Source: an uncultured Gammaproteobacteria bacterium
Lineage (GTDB): Bacteria; Patescibacteriota; Patescibacteriia; Magasanikbacterales; UBA922
Direction: 5' to 3'
Length of the DNA: 64,000 nucleotides
Assembly (NCBI GenBank): GCA_964433095.1
Contig: CAYSPW010000003.1
Coordinates: 7,034 to 71,033 of the forward strand
The notes below the pieces were generated by a model, which had not been told where the DNA came from, searched no databases, and worked only from the letters and a program-made list of their open reading frames with translations. The position numbers were made by a program, and so were the translations under genes. This document shows, in pieces, positions 55,980 through 64,000 of the stretch; position 1 is the stretch's first letter, and every line of letters begins with the position of its first letter.

Positions 55980-57125
55980 ATGAAAAAAATTTTGATAATC
56001 ACATTTGAATACCCGCCTCAAATCGGCGGCATTGCCACCTATGTCCATGACTTGGCTGAAGCTTTATCTGAGGATAAGGTTATAGTGCTGGCATCGACTT
56101 CTTCCAATTTAAAAGAACAAAAAAAATGGGATAAGCGGCAAAAATATGTTATTCTTCGCAAGAAGTTGCTGTTTCCGTTATTTATTTGGCCGCGCTGGTT
56201 GAGCATGTATTTAAGTGTGAGAAAAATAATTAGGCAAGAAGGGATAGAGTTGTTAATGATACACCACATTTTGCCGGTCGGGTATATTGGAATTTTATGT
56301 CGTAAACTGGCCGGAGTAAAGTTTATAATATTTTCCCACGGTACTGATACGCAAATGGCGGTGCGAAATTTGTGGAAAAAATTAATGTGTTCTTGGATAT
56401 GCAAAAATTCAAGTTTAGTTGTATTCAACAGCGATTCATTAAAAAGGCGGTTTACTGAACACTTCCCGATATGTAAACAAAAATCTAAAGTATTATATCC
56501 ATGTCCGGAGCGTAATTTTTTGCAAAAACCGAAACATGATGTTATTGATGGCTTGAAAAAGCAGTATGCTCTGATCGGAAAACAGGTGATTTTGTCGGTC
56601 GGGAGGCTGGATGAAGGCAAGGGTTTTTCCCATTTTATCCGCGCATTGCCTAAAATACTAAAAAATTCTCCGCATATAGTGTGGATGATTGTAGGCGACG
56701 GACCGAAAAGAGACGGTATAATTGAAGACATTCAAAAAAACAACCTGCAAAATGTGGTTAGGTTTATAGGCGAGGTGGCGCATGGAGAAATAAAAAAATT
56801 TTATTACTTGGCTGATTTATTTGTTCTTTTGACTCATCCGAACGAAGGGCGTGAAGAAGGTTTGGGATTGGTTTTTTTAGAGGCCGCTGCCGCCGGATTA
56901 CCGGTAGTGGCAGGCAGAAGCGGTGGGGTTGAAGAGGCGGTACTGCACGGGCAGACCGGCGTCATCATTGATACCCGTGATCAGAGTACAATTGTGAAAA
57001 CCGTATCGTGTTTGCTAAAAAATCGCGATTATGCCAGAAAATTAGGCATGGCCGGCAGGCAAAGAATAGAACAGGAATTTATGTGGGATGAGAAATTAAA
57101 ACAATTAGACGATTGGATAAAATGA
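55980..57125 (+). CDS. Glycosyltransferase family 4
   Basis: YPPQIGGIATY, SVGRL..GKG, EGLGLVFLEA. Confidence 0.93.
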   Translation: MKKILIITFEYPPQIGGIATYVHDLAEALSEDKVIVLASTSSNLKEQKKWDKRQKYVILRKKLLFPLFIWPRWLSMYLSVRKIIRQEGIELLMIHHILPVGYIGILCRKLAGVKFIIFSHGTDTQMAVRNLWKKLMCSWICKNSSLVVFNSDSLKRRFTEHFPICKQKSKVLYPCPERNFLQKPKHDVIDGLKKQYALIGKQVILSVGRLDEGKGFSHFIRALPKILKNSPHIVWMIVGDGPKRDGIIEDIQKNNLQNVVRFIGEVAHGEIKKFYYLADLFVLLTHPNEGREEGLGLVFLEAAAAGLPVVAGRSGGVEEAVLHGQTGVIIDTRDQSTIVKTVSCLLKNRDYARKLGMAGRQRIEQEFMWDEKLKQLDDWIK

Positions 57126-57136
57126 CATAAAATAAT

Positions 57137-57847
57137 ATGAAACCGCTAATTAGTATAATAATTCCGCTGTACAATCAAAGCCAAGCACTTCCTAATACGC
57201 TGGCCTCAATTGCCAAACAGAGCTATCCGAATTTGGAAGTTATTTTGGTGAATGACGGCAGCACCGATGGCATAGAAAAATCCATTGATCGACTCAAACA
57301 AGTCGTTAATTTTAAATTTTTTTCACAAGAAAACAGAGGGGCACCGACCGCGCGCAATCAAGGATACAAGATGTCCAATGGTCATTATGTGGTATTTTGG
57401 GATGCCGATATCAGCGCGCGGGAGGATATGCTGGAAAAAATGCAGCTCGCGCTGGAACGCAATCCGAACAAGAGTTTTGTTTATTCCAGTTTTTATTTTT
57501 TGGGCAAAAAAATGAAATGCGGTCCCTTTAAAGCACAAAGATTGAAAAAGCAAAATTACATCACCACTACCAGTTTGATCAAAAGTGAAGATTTTCCCGG
57601 ATTTGATCAGACATTGAAAAGATTTCAAGACTGGGATTTGTGGCTTACAATGTTGGAAAATAAAAAACAGGGAATTTGGATTGATGAATATTTATTTTCA
57701 GTCAGAACACCTGGTTCCATCAGCAGGTGGTTGCCCAGCTACGCCTACCGTTTCCCTTTTAAGTGGCTGCCCAGGTGGTCCAAGCAAGTTAAGGAGTATA
57801 ACAAGGCAAAATTGGCTGTGCAAAAAAAACATTCTAGCACCGCTTGA
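57137..57847 (+). CDS. Glycosyltransferase family 2
   Basis: ISIIIPLYN, VNDGSTD, ARN.G, WDAD, QDWDLWL. Confidence 0.93.
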   Translation: MKPLISIIIPLYNQSQALPNTLASIAKQSYPNLEVILVNDGSTDGIEKSIDRLKQVVNFKFFSQENRGAPTARNQGYKMSNGHYVVFWDADISAREDMLEKMQLALERNPNKSFVYSSFYFLGKKMKCGPFKAQRLKKQNYITTTSLIKSEDFPGFDQTLKRFQDWDLWLTMLENKKQGIWIDEYLFSVRTPGSISRWLPSYAYRFPFKWLPRWSKQVKEYNKAKLAVQKKHSSTA

Positions 57848-57872
57848 CAAAGATTCTGATTTGATGTATAGT
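57844..57872 (+). promoter_or_regulatory. Sigma70-type promoter of the orphan gene
   Basis: TTGACA-17 nt-TATAGT. Confidence 0.65.
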
Positions 57873-57917
57873 CAAACGCTTTTTCAGCTAACGTTTTTTT
57901 AAAAAAGGGAGAAAGTC

Positions 57918-58133
57918 ATGAGTAAACGGAAAATTTTTTCACCCATGAAATACAAAGCGGAGTGTGCCAATAGGCACATTGCCTACTTCTGCAGCCGATA
58001 TTCGCCGCTGGTACTAATTGAAATAGTGAGGTGCGTTGAGTGTGGCGAGCGATTCGTCACCATGCACCGCAACACCGAGAAGAATTCGGGCGGTGGCGTA
58101 TTTGACGTCACCAGGATAAAGCATATAACATAG
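57918..58133 (+). CDS. Small orphan zinc-finger-like protein (CANRH...CVEC)
   Basis: Own promoter, GGGAG SD, downstream terminator. Confidence 0.6.
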   Translation: MSKRKIFSPMKYKAECANRHIAYFCSRYSPLVLIEIVRCVECGERFVTMHRNTEKNSGGGVFDVTRIKHIT

Positions 58134-58142
58134 ATCATTTTC

Positions 58143-58174
58143 AGCCGCCGGCAGTGTCGGGCGGCTTTATTTTT
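58143..58174 (+). terminator. Intrinsic terminator
   Basis: agccgcc...gggcggct followed by ttattttt. Confidence 0.65.
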
Positions 58175-59648
58175 CCCATCTGTTAAAAATACGGTAAAGC
58201 GAAGTAACCAATTTCTCAAATATATTTATCGGCTTCAAGGCCAAAGCCAGAACCATTATTAAAAAAATTATGCCAAAAGTGTGAAACAATGCCGGAGTGG
58301 TGATATTAATTACCAGCAAGGCAATAATGCCGGCAAAAATTCCGACATAAAAATCCTGCCAGTCATAGGCATAAATTATTTTTTTCCGAATCCTGTAAAT
58401 TATAAACAAAATCAAAACCATAAACGCGGCTGTTCCGATCAAGCCTAGTTCGGCCAGCATCTCCAGATAACCCCAATCAAAGTGCCCGGTGGTGACATTT
58501 TCACCGCTCGCGGTATTATAAAAAATGATTGATGCGCCCAGTCCTTGTCCGAGGATCGGATTATTGCTGATTTTATTTAAAATAGCCGGCAGGATCATCA
58601 TTCTGGTGGCGGTGCTGGTTTCTATCTGCGGCGCGGAAAAGCTGGCCAATCTTAGTCCAAACACCTCTAAACCGAGAGTTTTGCCGCCGCTAGTTAAAAT
58701 GGATAGACTGGCGAAGATTAGCAGCAGCAGAGCGGCAGTGGTGCTGGTGATTATTAGCCATCTTTGCCATTTATGTTTGAGTTTTAATATCACAAATCCG
58801 ACCGCGAGCGCGAGCAGAAAAGCTCTGGATAAATTGAGCATCAGTATTATAATGGCAAAGATCAGCAGTAGCCGCCACATTTTGTGATGTTTTTCATCTC
58901 GCATCAGCAGGGATGAAATAATCAATATAATCGGCGTTATCAGTAAATGCTCCGGCAGCACTACTCGGAAAAGGTTGTTTCCCATATCAGTAATTTTTCC
59001 TGCAGCAATATCCCGAAACCATTTGTAATAAGGTTGTTGGAGAAGTACTACCTGTGAAGAAAAAAGGAACAGTGTAAATAATGAAAAAATTGCTGAGCCA
59101 ATAATGAAAACTATAACCAACCTGATTAAAAAATCCTGCGTTTTTTGTTTTGCGAGCAGCCGATAGGCCGGATAAACCAGCGGCAAGTACAAAAAAGGGA
59201 TAGTATCTTGAATGATTTCGCGCAGTCTGTGTCCGTTAAAAATTCCATTCAATATAGAAAATACGATTAGGCAATAAAGAATCACCATAATAACGGTAAA
59301 CGGTCTGTTAAAAAGCAGATATTGTCTTGATTTTCGTTCTGATATTGTTTGTACCGTCCACATAATTAAAAAGGCGGCGATCAGTAAGGTGCGAACTGAT
59401 AAGCCGTAAAATTCCAGTAAATTTCCCGATCCGCCTAAAAAAATTTCCGCAAACAGAATATAAAAAGCATAATCCGTATTTTTGAAATATATCAAGCCGA
59501 AAACCATCAAAAAAATAAATACCACTACCGCTTGCGTGAACAAATGATTGTGAAGGGCGTAGGAAATAACGCGAATAGAAAAAAAAGACAGTAGCAAAAT
59601 TAAGGTTTGTATATTTAAAAATATTGATTTGCCGGTAAAATTTTTCAT
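58167..59648 (-). CDS. O-antigen ligase/polymerase-like membrane protein
   Basis: LSRAF, R...I..NPILGQGLG, YLEMLAELGLIG. Confidence 0.82.
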   Translation of the reverse strand: MKNFTGKSIFLNIQTLILLLSFFSIRVISYALHNHLFTQAVVVFIFLMVFGLIYFKNTDYAFYILFAEIFLGGSGNLLEFYGLSVRTLLIAAFLIMWTVQTISERKSRQYLLFNRPFTVIMVILYCLIVFSILNGIFNGHRLREIIQDTIPFLYLPLVYPAYRLLAKQKTQDFLIRLVIVFIIGSAIFSLFTLFLFSSQVVLLQQPYYKWFRDIAAGKITDMGNNLFRVVLPEHLLITPIILIISSLLMRDEKHHKMWRLLLIFAIIILMLNLSRAFLLALAVGFVILKLKHKWQRWLIITSTTAALLLLIFASLSILTSGGKTLGLEVFGLRLASFSAPQIETSTATRMMILPAILNKISNNPILGQGLGASIIFYNTASGENVTTGHFDWGYLEMLAELGLIGTAAFMVLILFIIYRIRKKIIYAYDWQDFYVGIFAGIIALLVINITTPALFHTFGIIFLIMVLALALKPINIFEKLVTSLYRIFNRWEK

Positions 59649-60574
59649 TAAGCAAGTAAGGATTGATTAATTGAACTAAGACCGTTTAAAAAAGATTTGG
59701 CGGCCATGGCTTTTTTTCCTTCAAGTTGAAGAGTAATTGCTTGAATTGACGACGAGCCGCTCCCTATAAATATTTTATCATCTTTTGCTACTATCCGGCC
59801 AGGCTTGATTTGATGATCAGCCGGCCGAATTTGAATCAGTTTTAATCTTTTGCCTTGCCATTTGGTCCAGATTCCGGGCCACGGGTGGAGACCGCGATAC
59901 AGGTTGTAAATATGTTTAGTCGGGCAATTCCAGTTTATACGTCCCGAATCGCGTGTCAGACGCTCGCAATAGGTGGCTTGAGCGTGATTTTGCGTGCGGG
60001 CTTTGAGATCACCACTCAGATAAGCGGGAACGCATTGAATAAGCGCGTCTTTGGCAATCATGGCCATTTTTTCATTAAGGTCCGCATATGTGTCGTGCCG
60101 GAAGATTGTTGTCGGCCGCTGGCAGATTATCGGTCCGCTATCCAAGCCTTCATCCATTAACATGATGCTTACTCCGGTAATTTTTTCTCCTTTTATCAGA
60201 GCTGTTTGAATCGGGGAAGCACCGCGGTATTTAGGCAGCAACGAAGTGTGTACGTTAACAATACCACGCTTGGGCATGTCTAGTATTTGCTTGGGAATTA
60301 AGCTGCCGAATTGCGCGCAGATACCAAGGTCAAAATTTTTGCCAGAATCAATTATTTTTCCTTTTAGATTATCCACCCCTCTTACTTCTGTATTGTTTTT
60401 TACGGCCATCAATTTAACCGGAGAGCGGTTAATTGTTTTTTTTCGTCCCGTCGGTTTATCCGGCCGGGTTATAACAAGCTGCACTGAAAAAAGAGGACTG
60501 TCTATCAGTCCCTGCAGGATATGGGCGGCAAAGTCATGCGTGCCAAAAAAAATTGTACGTATTTTTTTATTCAT
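59648..60574 (-). CDS. fmt: Methionyl-tRNA formyltransferase
   Basis: FFGT.DFA, NVHTSLLPKYRGASP, GLDSGP, PWPG. Confidence 0.96.
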   Translation of the reverse strand: MNKKIRTIFFGTHDFAAHILQGLIDSPLFSVQLVITRPDKPTGRKKTINRSPVKLMAVKNNTEVRGVDNLKGKIIDSGKNFDLGICAQFGSLIPKQILDMPKRGIVNVHTSLLPKYRGASPIQTALIKGEKITGVSIMLMDEGLDSGPIICQRPTTIFRHDTYADLNEKMAMIAKDALIQCVPAYLSGDLKARTQNHAQATYCERLTRDSGRINWNCPTKHIYNLYRGLHPWPGIWTKWQGKRLKLIQIRPADHQIKPGRIVAKDDKIFIGSGSSSIQAITLQLEGKKAMAAKSFLNGLSSINQSLLA

Positions 60575-60576
60575 GG

Positions 60577-61056
60577 TTATTTTTCCCTATATATGTCTTT
60601 GGCTTTGTCAATAAAAAGTATTCCGTTAAGATGATCAACTTCGTGCTGAATCACGCGCGCCAGCATGTCTTCGGCTGAGAATGTTATTTTTTTTTCGTTT
60701 TGATCAATCGCCCGCACTTGTATTTTTTTGTATCTTTTAACCTTGCCGAAAGTTTTTGGCAATGATAAACAGCCCTCAATGTCGGAAATTTTTTTTCGGC
60801 TTAATTTCCGCCAAAGCGGATTGATCAAAATTAATTCATTATTACTGCCGGCGGCTTGCTTGCTAATCACCACCAACCTGATATTCTTTCCCACTTGCGG
60901 AGCAGCCAGACCGATGCCGTCATCTCGGTACATGGTTTCAATCATATCGGTAATCAGTTTTTTGTTTTGTTCTTGATTAAAAAAATCCGGCTCAATTTCT
61001 CGGCTCATTTTTCTCAGTATTTCATTGGGATGTGTTATTACTTGCGGTTGGCTCAT
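60577..61056 (-). CDS. def: Peptide deformylase
   Basis: GIGLAAPQVG, EGCLS, QHEVDHLNG. Confidence 0.98.
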   Translation of the reverse strand: MSQPQVITHPNEILRKMSREIEPDFFNQEQNKKLITDMIETMYRDDGIGLAAPQVGKNIRLVVISKQAAGSNNELILINPLWRKLSRKKISDIEGCLSLPKTFGKVKRYKKIQVRAIDQNEKKITFSAEDMLARVIQHEVDHLNGILFIDKAKDIYREK

Positions 61057-61059
61057 AAT

Positions 61060-62928
61060 TTAAGGCGATAAAAGATTTATTGGATTGGGATCGGTTTTCC
61101 AATCCGGTCCGATCAGCTCGTTAATTTTCATTAAGTTTTTCTGCCAGTTTTTAAGCGGTAATTTAATAACGATATTATACCAAAATTTCTTTCTAAAATA
61201 ACATGGCTGCATTTGTATCGGATAGCTAATTTTAGCAGATTTTTCAATCTCTGTCAATTCTTTTCTTAATTTTTCATACATTTTAAAAGCTGTAATTCCT
61301 GCCTTTTTTTCCTGAGGATGGCCGTAAAAGTAGCGCACCAGGCTTACGTACGGCGGGTAACCCAGTCTAAGGCGGTAATTAAGATCGGTACGGTAGTAGC
61401 GTTCCGGTTCAAACAAAGAACGGAATAACAGATGGCTCGGGCTATTGGTTTGAATGATTATCCGCGCTTGGTCCTTTTTGCGATATCTGATTTGATTCAA
61501 CAGATGCCAGGCTCGCTCTATTGCCAAATATTCGGGTGTTTGTAATATTCTGTCAAAGTCTGCGAATACAATCAGGCTTGTTTTTTTCCACCTTATATAT
61601 GGCAGTGCCATGCTCGTGCCAACGATAATCTGCCGTTTATTTTTATTGAGTGCAATTTTTTTGACATTGCTGTCAATTCTTACAATCTGACTTCGTTTGT
61701 CCGAAGTGAACATTTTTTTTAGTATCGATTCCACGTATTCTATCCCATATCCTTTGAGCTTGGCGAGTTGACCACCGCATCGCGGGCAATTAGTATGGTA
61801 TTTATTGTCTGTTTTGCAATGAGAACATTGAAGAAGATGTTTTTTTTCAAAATAAATGAGCGGGAGTCGGCATCGCGGGCAGGTTTGGACAAATCCGCAT
61901 TTTGTGCAATTTACCGAGCGGGCATACCCCAAACGATTTGCCATAATAAAGATGTCAGCCTTATTTTTTTTTAATTTTTCCTCGGTGAAGAAAGAAAAAA
62001 TATCATAATTTCCGCTTTGTCGTTCTTTTTTGATATCAATTATTTGAGTATTATTAAATTTAATGTCTTGACTGAATTTTTTAGAGCCTAATCGTACTAA
62101 ACCTTTTTTAACTTCAAAGTAGCTCGAAGCGCTGGGCGAAAAGCTTAGCTTGGTTATTTCGCATTTATAAACAGATGCCAGTATTTGAGCGGCGTCATGA
62201 ACGGAAAAGCGAGGATTCTGGTCCCATTGCTTGTGATTTTCATCATGCTCGCGGTCTATTATGATTGTTTTTAAGTGTTGAAACGGCATAAAAATCGCCC
62301 CCCTCGTTCCTATGACTACATTTTTTTGTCCATTGCGTATCTGCATCCATATCTCAAATTTTTGTTTGTCACTTAATTCACTGTGCCAAACTGCCAGTTT
62401 TTTCCTGAATGACTGTGGAATTTTTTCCACCATATCTTGACAATGGTGAATTTCCGGCACCAATATCAACGCGTGGCGCGACAGGATTTTATGTATGAAT
62501 TTTTTATGCTCATCGGCGTTGTCGTAGTAATAGTAAAAGGGTGAAAAAATTTTCGCAAGTTTTGCTTTACTATAAATAGTTTTCAACTTGGCCTTTTTCA
62601 ATTTATTTTTTTTGAGGGGCGGCAGACAAATTTTTATCATTTTGGGCAGTGATATATGATAAATGTTGCTCATTTGCTGAACAAATTGAGTTTGTTTTTT
62701 ACATAAAAATACTTGATCGTTAACGAGGGATTTGATCATTTTTAGATCCTGATTGCTTTTTTCTTCAACCACTTTTAAAACAAGTCCGAGTATTTCGGAC
62801 TTGCGAAAAGGAATGATTACGATTTGTCCGGGCTGTATTTTTTCTCGTATTCTTTTCGGCACGGTGTAATCAAACAGATTCAATCCAAAAGGCAGGCTTT
62901 TAATTGGAATAATTTTTGCAACAATCAT
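61060..62928 (-). CDS. priA: Primosomal protein N' (PriA), helicase motifs degenerate
   Basis: FDY.VP N-domain, LVPEI, VIGTRGA.F.P, 8-Cys zinc region, YPPY; Walker A absent. Confidence 0.88.
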   Translation of the reverse strand: MIVAKIIPIKSLPFGLNLFDYTVPKRIREKIQPGQIVIIPFRKSEILGLVLKVVEEKSNQDLKMIKSLVNDQVFLCKKQTQFVQQMSNIYHISLPKMIKICLPPLKKNKLKKAKLKTIYSKAKLAKIFSPFYYYYDNADEHKKFIHKILSRHALILVPEIHHCQDMVEKIPQSFRKKLAVWHSELSDKQKFEIWMQIRNGQKNVVIGTRGAIFMPFQHLKTIIIDREHDENHKQWDQNPRFSVHDAAQILASVYKCEITKLSFSPSASSYFEVKKGLVRLGSKKFSQDIKFNNTQIIDIKKERQSGNYDIFSFFTEEKLKKNKADIFIMANRLGYARSVNCTKCGFVQTCPRCRLPLIYFEKKHLLQCSHCKTDNKYHTNCPRCGGQLAKLKGYGIEYVESILKKMFTSDKRSQIVRIDSNVKKIALNKNKRQIIVGTSMALPYIRWKKTSLIVFADFDRILQTPEYLAIERAWHLLNQIRYRKKDQARIIIQTNSPSHLLFRSLFEPERYYRTDLNYRLRLGYPPYVSLVRYFYGHPQEKKAGITAFKMYEKLRKELTEIEKSAKISYPIQMQPCYFRKKFWYNIVIKLPLKNWQKNLMKINELIGPDWKTDPNPINLLSP

Positions 62929-63719
62929 TATGGAAAAACAAAATTACCTACCAAGTATCCTACACCAAAAGGCGCTTCGTAGGAATAATTTTTAAAGTTA
63001 TAATTATTTTTTTGTAAGATACCGAGCAAAATCAAAAGTGATCGATAGCCGCATTCGGCCGCGTTTTGCAATAATTCAGGATCCAGGCCGGCAATGCCGA
63101 TGGTATTTTTCGTTTCCAAAAGCTGTAGTATTTTCTGATCGAATTTTGCTCCGGATTTGTTGAAACCGGCCGGCGCGTCGCTGTTTAAAGCGTGTGATAA
63201 ATCGCCCGAAGCGATTACCGCCACTCTTAAATTCGTTTGATCCAGGTATTGTTTTAAAAGCTGACCGAAGTTTAAGTGTACTTTGGGCGTGGCTGAACAA
63301 AAACCGATGGTGATTACTTTCACATTCGGCAGATGCGCGGTCAAGCTAAAAAGCGGAACAGACGAGCCGTGATCAATTTTTTTCCTGCCAGATAGATACA
63401 CGCCTATGCCGTTGTCAAGCGCCAACATCTGCAGTTTTTGCGCTATTTCCGACGCCCCTTCCCATATTTTTTTTGTGTTAAAGTCGCCGAATTGCTCAAA
63501 ATCGGATTCAATTTTCGGCCGGGCGTTAATGGTGAAAGCATCGGACAAAAAACTGCAATGGGGGGAAATTATGAAAATTAAATCAGGCTTTGAAATATAA
63601 ATTTCCTTTTCAAGTTTTTCCATGGCTGTTTTTGTTTTTTGGAGTTTTTCCAGCTGCTCTTTGCCAATATTGGGAATAAGCAGCGGCGGATGCGGTGTAA
63701 TTGCGGCAAAGACTAGCAT
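62928..63719 (-). CDS. AmmeMemoRadiSam protein B / LigB-like class III dioxygenase-fold protein
   Basis: PHPPLLIP, ISPH, DHG..VPL, ASGDLSH, ECG, YEAPFGVGY. Confidence 0.85.
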   Translation of the reverse strand: MLVFAAITPHPPLLIPNIGKEQLEKLQKTKTAMEKLEKEIYISKPDLIFIISPHCSFLSDAFTINARPKIESDFEQFGDFNTKKIWEGASEIAQKLQMLALDNGIGVYLSGRKKIDHGSSVPLFSLTAHLPNVKVITIGFCSATPKVHLNFGQLLKQYLDQTNLRVAVIASGDLSHALNSDAPAGFNKSGAKFDQKILQLLETKNTIGIAGLDPELLQNAAECGYRSLLILLGILQKNNYNFKNYSYEAPFGVGYLVGNFVFP

Positions 63720-63723
63720 AATT

Positions 63724-64000
63724 TTAGAAATTTTTCATTACATATTCGGCCAGACGATTAGGTTCGTTGAAGCGGTCGTTTCGCGGCATGCCCATATTGA
63801 TCAGTACAAACCTTTTGCCGTCTTCTGGTCGTTCTATCAGCATAACCAGTCCGGCGCCCGATTCATAAAGATAGCCGGTTTTGCTTGCTACAATTTCATA
63901 CTTAAGATCCGGTCTTGTCATTAATTCATTGCTGTGATAATCATAATGATCCGGATTACCGTCAATATCGTACAATTCGGTGTATTCATAATAATCCATG
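63724..64000 (-). CDS. C-terminal part of a probable serine D-Ala-D-Ala carboxypeptidase (S11); truncated by the window edge
   Basis: SNELM...IVASKTGYLYESG contains the KTG motif of penicillin-binding serine peptidases. Confidence 0.55.
   Translation of the reverse strand, partial: MDYYEYTELYDIDGNPDHYDYHSNELMTRPDLKYEIVASKTGYLYESGAGLVMLIERPEDGKRFVLINMGMPRNDRFNEPNRLAEYVMKNF

Noticed and set aside
1-64000. CRISPR arrays, tRNA/rRNA genes, DGR or retron reverse transcriptase, TGA recoding
   Set aside because: No spaced direct repeats, cloverleaf motifs or RT motifs found by eye; conserved genes end at TGA and are intact under code 11

Overview
Gene-dense, AT-rich bacterial chromosome segment using the standard code (TGA = stop). 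Several traits point to a Patescibacteria/CPR genome of Parcubacteria-ABY1 type (inference): archaeal-type PyrH, split ComEC, short AlaRS, Nudix-containing LeuRS, a VirD4-like ATPase and core genes without SD motifs. Most of the window is housekeeping: gdhA, leuS, comEC, pyrH, queH, tsaE, glyA, murB, hpf, secA, secDF, dnaG, rpoD, SOD, mnmA, alaS, the infA-rpmJ-rpsMKD-rpoA-rplQ-rplM-rpsI block, glycosyltransferases, fmt, def and priA. I recognised no rRNA, tRNA, CRISPR array, integrase or transposase. The strongest candidate for an undescribed system is at 14.2-22.9 kb. There, a 54-aa LysW-like zinc-ribbon protein (missed by the ORF track, ending in DEGK instead of EDWGE) sits among a fold-II PLP enzyme, an Mpl-like Mur ligase, an ATE/Bpt-like aminoacyl-tRNA transferase, MraY, a cytoplasmic NlpC/P60 peptidase, an ATP-grasp ligase and MurB. 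This suggests a carrier-protein-assisted pathway that builds or remodels a cell-wall peptide. Next to it is a head-to-head Elp3 + Trm9-like pair, implying eukaryote/archaeon-type mcm5(s2)U34 tRNA modification. Other oddities are SecD with inserted parvulin domains, RpoA without an alpha-CTD, a likely helicase-dead PriA, several self-contained orphan mini-cassettes with strong SD motifs, and an accessory patch at 26.3-30 kb. That patch holds an rsmA fragment, a pseudoknot-like repeat, a MITE-like element, a Cys-rich lipoprotein and a divergent UPRTase. All family assignments come from recognising motifs by eye; no searches were run.
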